DNA of 64,000 nucleotides from Amoebidium appalachense (Eukaryota; Protista; Ichthyosporea), in contig CAVNZM010000002.1 of assembly GCA_963693365.1 (NCBI GenBank), positions 2,868,259 through 2,932,258 of the forward strand. The letters run 5' to 3'. The position numbers and the translations under genes were made by a program. This document shows positions 61,262-64,000 of the stretch, piece by piece. The notes beneath the pieces were generated by a model. The model was given only the letters and a program-made list of their open reading frames with translations, was not told the origin of the DNA and made no database searches. Within the stretch, counting starts at the first letter, position 1; every line of letters begins with the position of its first letter.

Positions 61262-62125
61262 GGTGATCAATCAGTCAGATGATGCGTGAGAGAGGAATCA
61301 GATCGGTATTCAAATTTGAATATTTTTGATTGCAGCGAGAGTATGTGTTGCGAGAGCGTGCGAAAATGGGCCTTTAACCTGTTGTTTTGTACGGGTCTAA
61401 GGGAGCAGAGTGCACAGAGGTGTCATGTAAAACACGACTTAACACATTAATGAGAGGGCAATCGGAGTTGTTCACGAGACATTGAAAGATTTCAAACAAC
61501 AACTGAATCTTTATTGTGCTCTCGGTTCCTTTTGTACTTGCGACTTATCACCTTATCACAACTAAAGAGGGAGAACCAATCGGTTCTATCAGAAGATAGA
61601 AAAACACATTCCGACAGAGCATACGCATTCCAACTTCCGATTAAACTAAAGTGTAGGAACTTTTACTTAAATAAATTAAGTAATTATACATCTATTCACT
61701 ATTAACTCACATATATATTTATGTTCGTCTCTGTAAAGAAACTTATTTAAATACATATATTTCCTAACAGTCGACACTCTCAAAGTGAAGACACTTTGCA
61801 ATAAACCGAATTCCATATATATCTATTGTCCAATCACAACACACATATATTAACAGACAGGAATGCACAACACAATCTACAGATGTACTCGCTCGCGACT
61901 ATTGGCGAGCCATCCTTTTGAGAACAAAACTAGGCCATTTTGAAATAAAGGAAAGACAACGAGTGAGGCTAGCCAATCACGCTACCTCTCAGATAAACAG
62001 AGGAGAGCAAACAGAAATAAAAACACAATAAGTTCTTATCAGGCAAGAGAGCCAGGTGTGCACAGATCTATCGATATCTGTGCCCACAGAAACAAGGGAG
62101 AGAGACATACGGGGGGGGGGGGGGG

Positions 62126-62243
<118 letters not shown>

Positions 62244-62335
62244 ACAAAGGAGGAAAGCAGACACGAATACAAACAAGCTAGGACACATACATACTTCAAG
62301 GCTCTTGCTGTCATACATGGTGACGTATTCCAACA

Positions 62336-62953
62336 GGGATGGTGTAGCAGCCCGGACGGGGTGCTCCGGTGGAAACCACACTTCCGACGGAGTAGGTCTC
62401 TCCAATTGCTGTCGATTGCCTGCATGGTGGTGTTTCTAATAACTGACCCTTTGAGGAGGAAGAGGATGGCCGGGGCCACCACACTGTTGGCTACGTAGAT
62501 CACTTGGCTGGGTGCCAGCATTTTACGGGCTAGTATGGTGGTGGCCCGTAATGTCAGCTGCATGGCCTTCCCATCGTTGGGCCGGGTGTGTCGTTGGAGG
62601 GTGATGTTGACCCCTAGCACTCTGATGTGCGCATCGGGGGGCTCGATCTGAATGGGTAGGGGGTGGTGCTCCCGGGGATTTGCGGTACTGCAGGGGGGCC
62701 ACTGTTGCCCGTGTTGGAGTACCACGGGCGAGGACTGAAAACTTGTCTGGGTGTGGTTCCAAGTCATGGTAGTAAAAAAGGGGGGCAGATAAGTCGAGAG
62801 TTTGCTGGATGCTCTCCTTGTTGGGGCCAAACCATGTTGTGTCGTCGGCGAAGGCTACAGACGTCACACACGGGGGTGTTTGTGCCGGTGTGTGGTGCTG
62901 TGTCTGTGGGGGTAGGTGGAAAGTGTACCCCTTGCCGTGCCTTTTGATGGCTG
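62336..62953 (-). pseudogene. 5'-most fragment of the host LINE (RT, FADD motif)
   Basis: TSVAFADDTTWFGP..RKCGFHRSTPSGLLHHP; joins 44042 across the GGGAT TSD. Confidence 0.9.
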
Positions 62954-63379
62954 AAAGAGGACAAGAGAGGGAGAGTACTTTGAGCTGCAATGCGTTGACC
63001 ATTGCCATATGGCCTTCGTTGAATATTCGTACGTGACGGTCGAAAGCGAACGCGAGAGGATGGGGCGGGGGGGGGGGGGGGGGGGGGGGGGAGGCTACAT
63101 TGCCGGGAGAGGAATGAATGAAGCCGTCGGAGGGGGGGGCTGGGAGGGGGGAGGAGTGGGGGGGGGGGGGGGGGAGGGAGAGAGAGAGAGAGATCTAGAG
63201 AGAGGGATAGTAGAGAAGTAGAGATCGTCGGGCGGGCGGGGGGGGGGGGGGGGGGGGGGGGAGGGAGAGAGAGAGAGAGAGAGAGAGGCTGGGAGAGGGC
63301 GATGGGGAGAAGAGCGGAGATCTCGACTCGGAATGAGAGAGGGAGGGGGGGAGAGAGAGAGAGTCTAAGATCTAGAGAG

Positions 63380-63964
<585 letters not shown>

Positions 63965-64000
63965 GCGTGCATGTTGCAGTGCCTCCTAACTAAGAAAGAA

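Overview
Eukaryotic, intron-containing genomic DNA, very rich in poly-C/G, (CA)n and (GA)n tracts; the taxon cannot be fixed from the sequence alone (a protist or unicellular opisthokont is a guess). The left ~32 kb holds five host genes: a spliced BED-zinc-finger/thioredoxin-fold (CPYS) fusion, a 3-exon pyruvate decarboxylase, a RING-H2 E3 ligase, an AAAP amino-acid permease and a spliced PAP2-family protein with all three catalytic motifs degenerate. The region 34305-62953 is one 28.6-kb nest bounded by a 15-bp TSD. An RT/RNase H LINE is interrupted by a Copia solo LTR, by a second copy of the same LINE, and by a composite insertion; inside the composite sit a Gypsy derivative and a young full-length Copia. 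Best candidates for something new: (1) a 654-bp TRIM whose LTRs each carry a complete tRNA-shaped Pol III unit (a tRNA analogue of Cassandra), apparently integrated tail-to-tail with a Copia under one shared 5-bp TSD; (2) a ~350-bp intronic repeat family containing all three hammerhead-ribozyme core strands with matching helices but in non-circularly permuted order; (3) the BED-thioredoxin fusion; (4) sense-strand poly-C tracts just downstream of most 5' splice sites. All calls were made by eye; no searches or folding programs were run.
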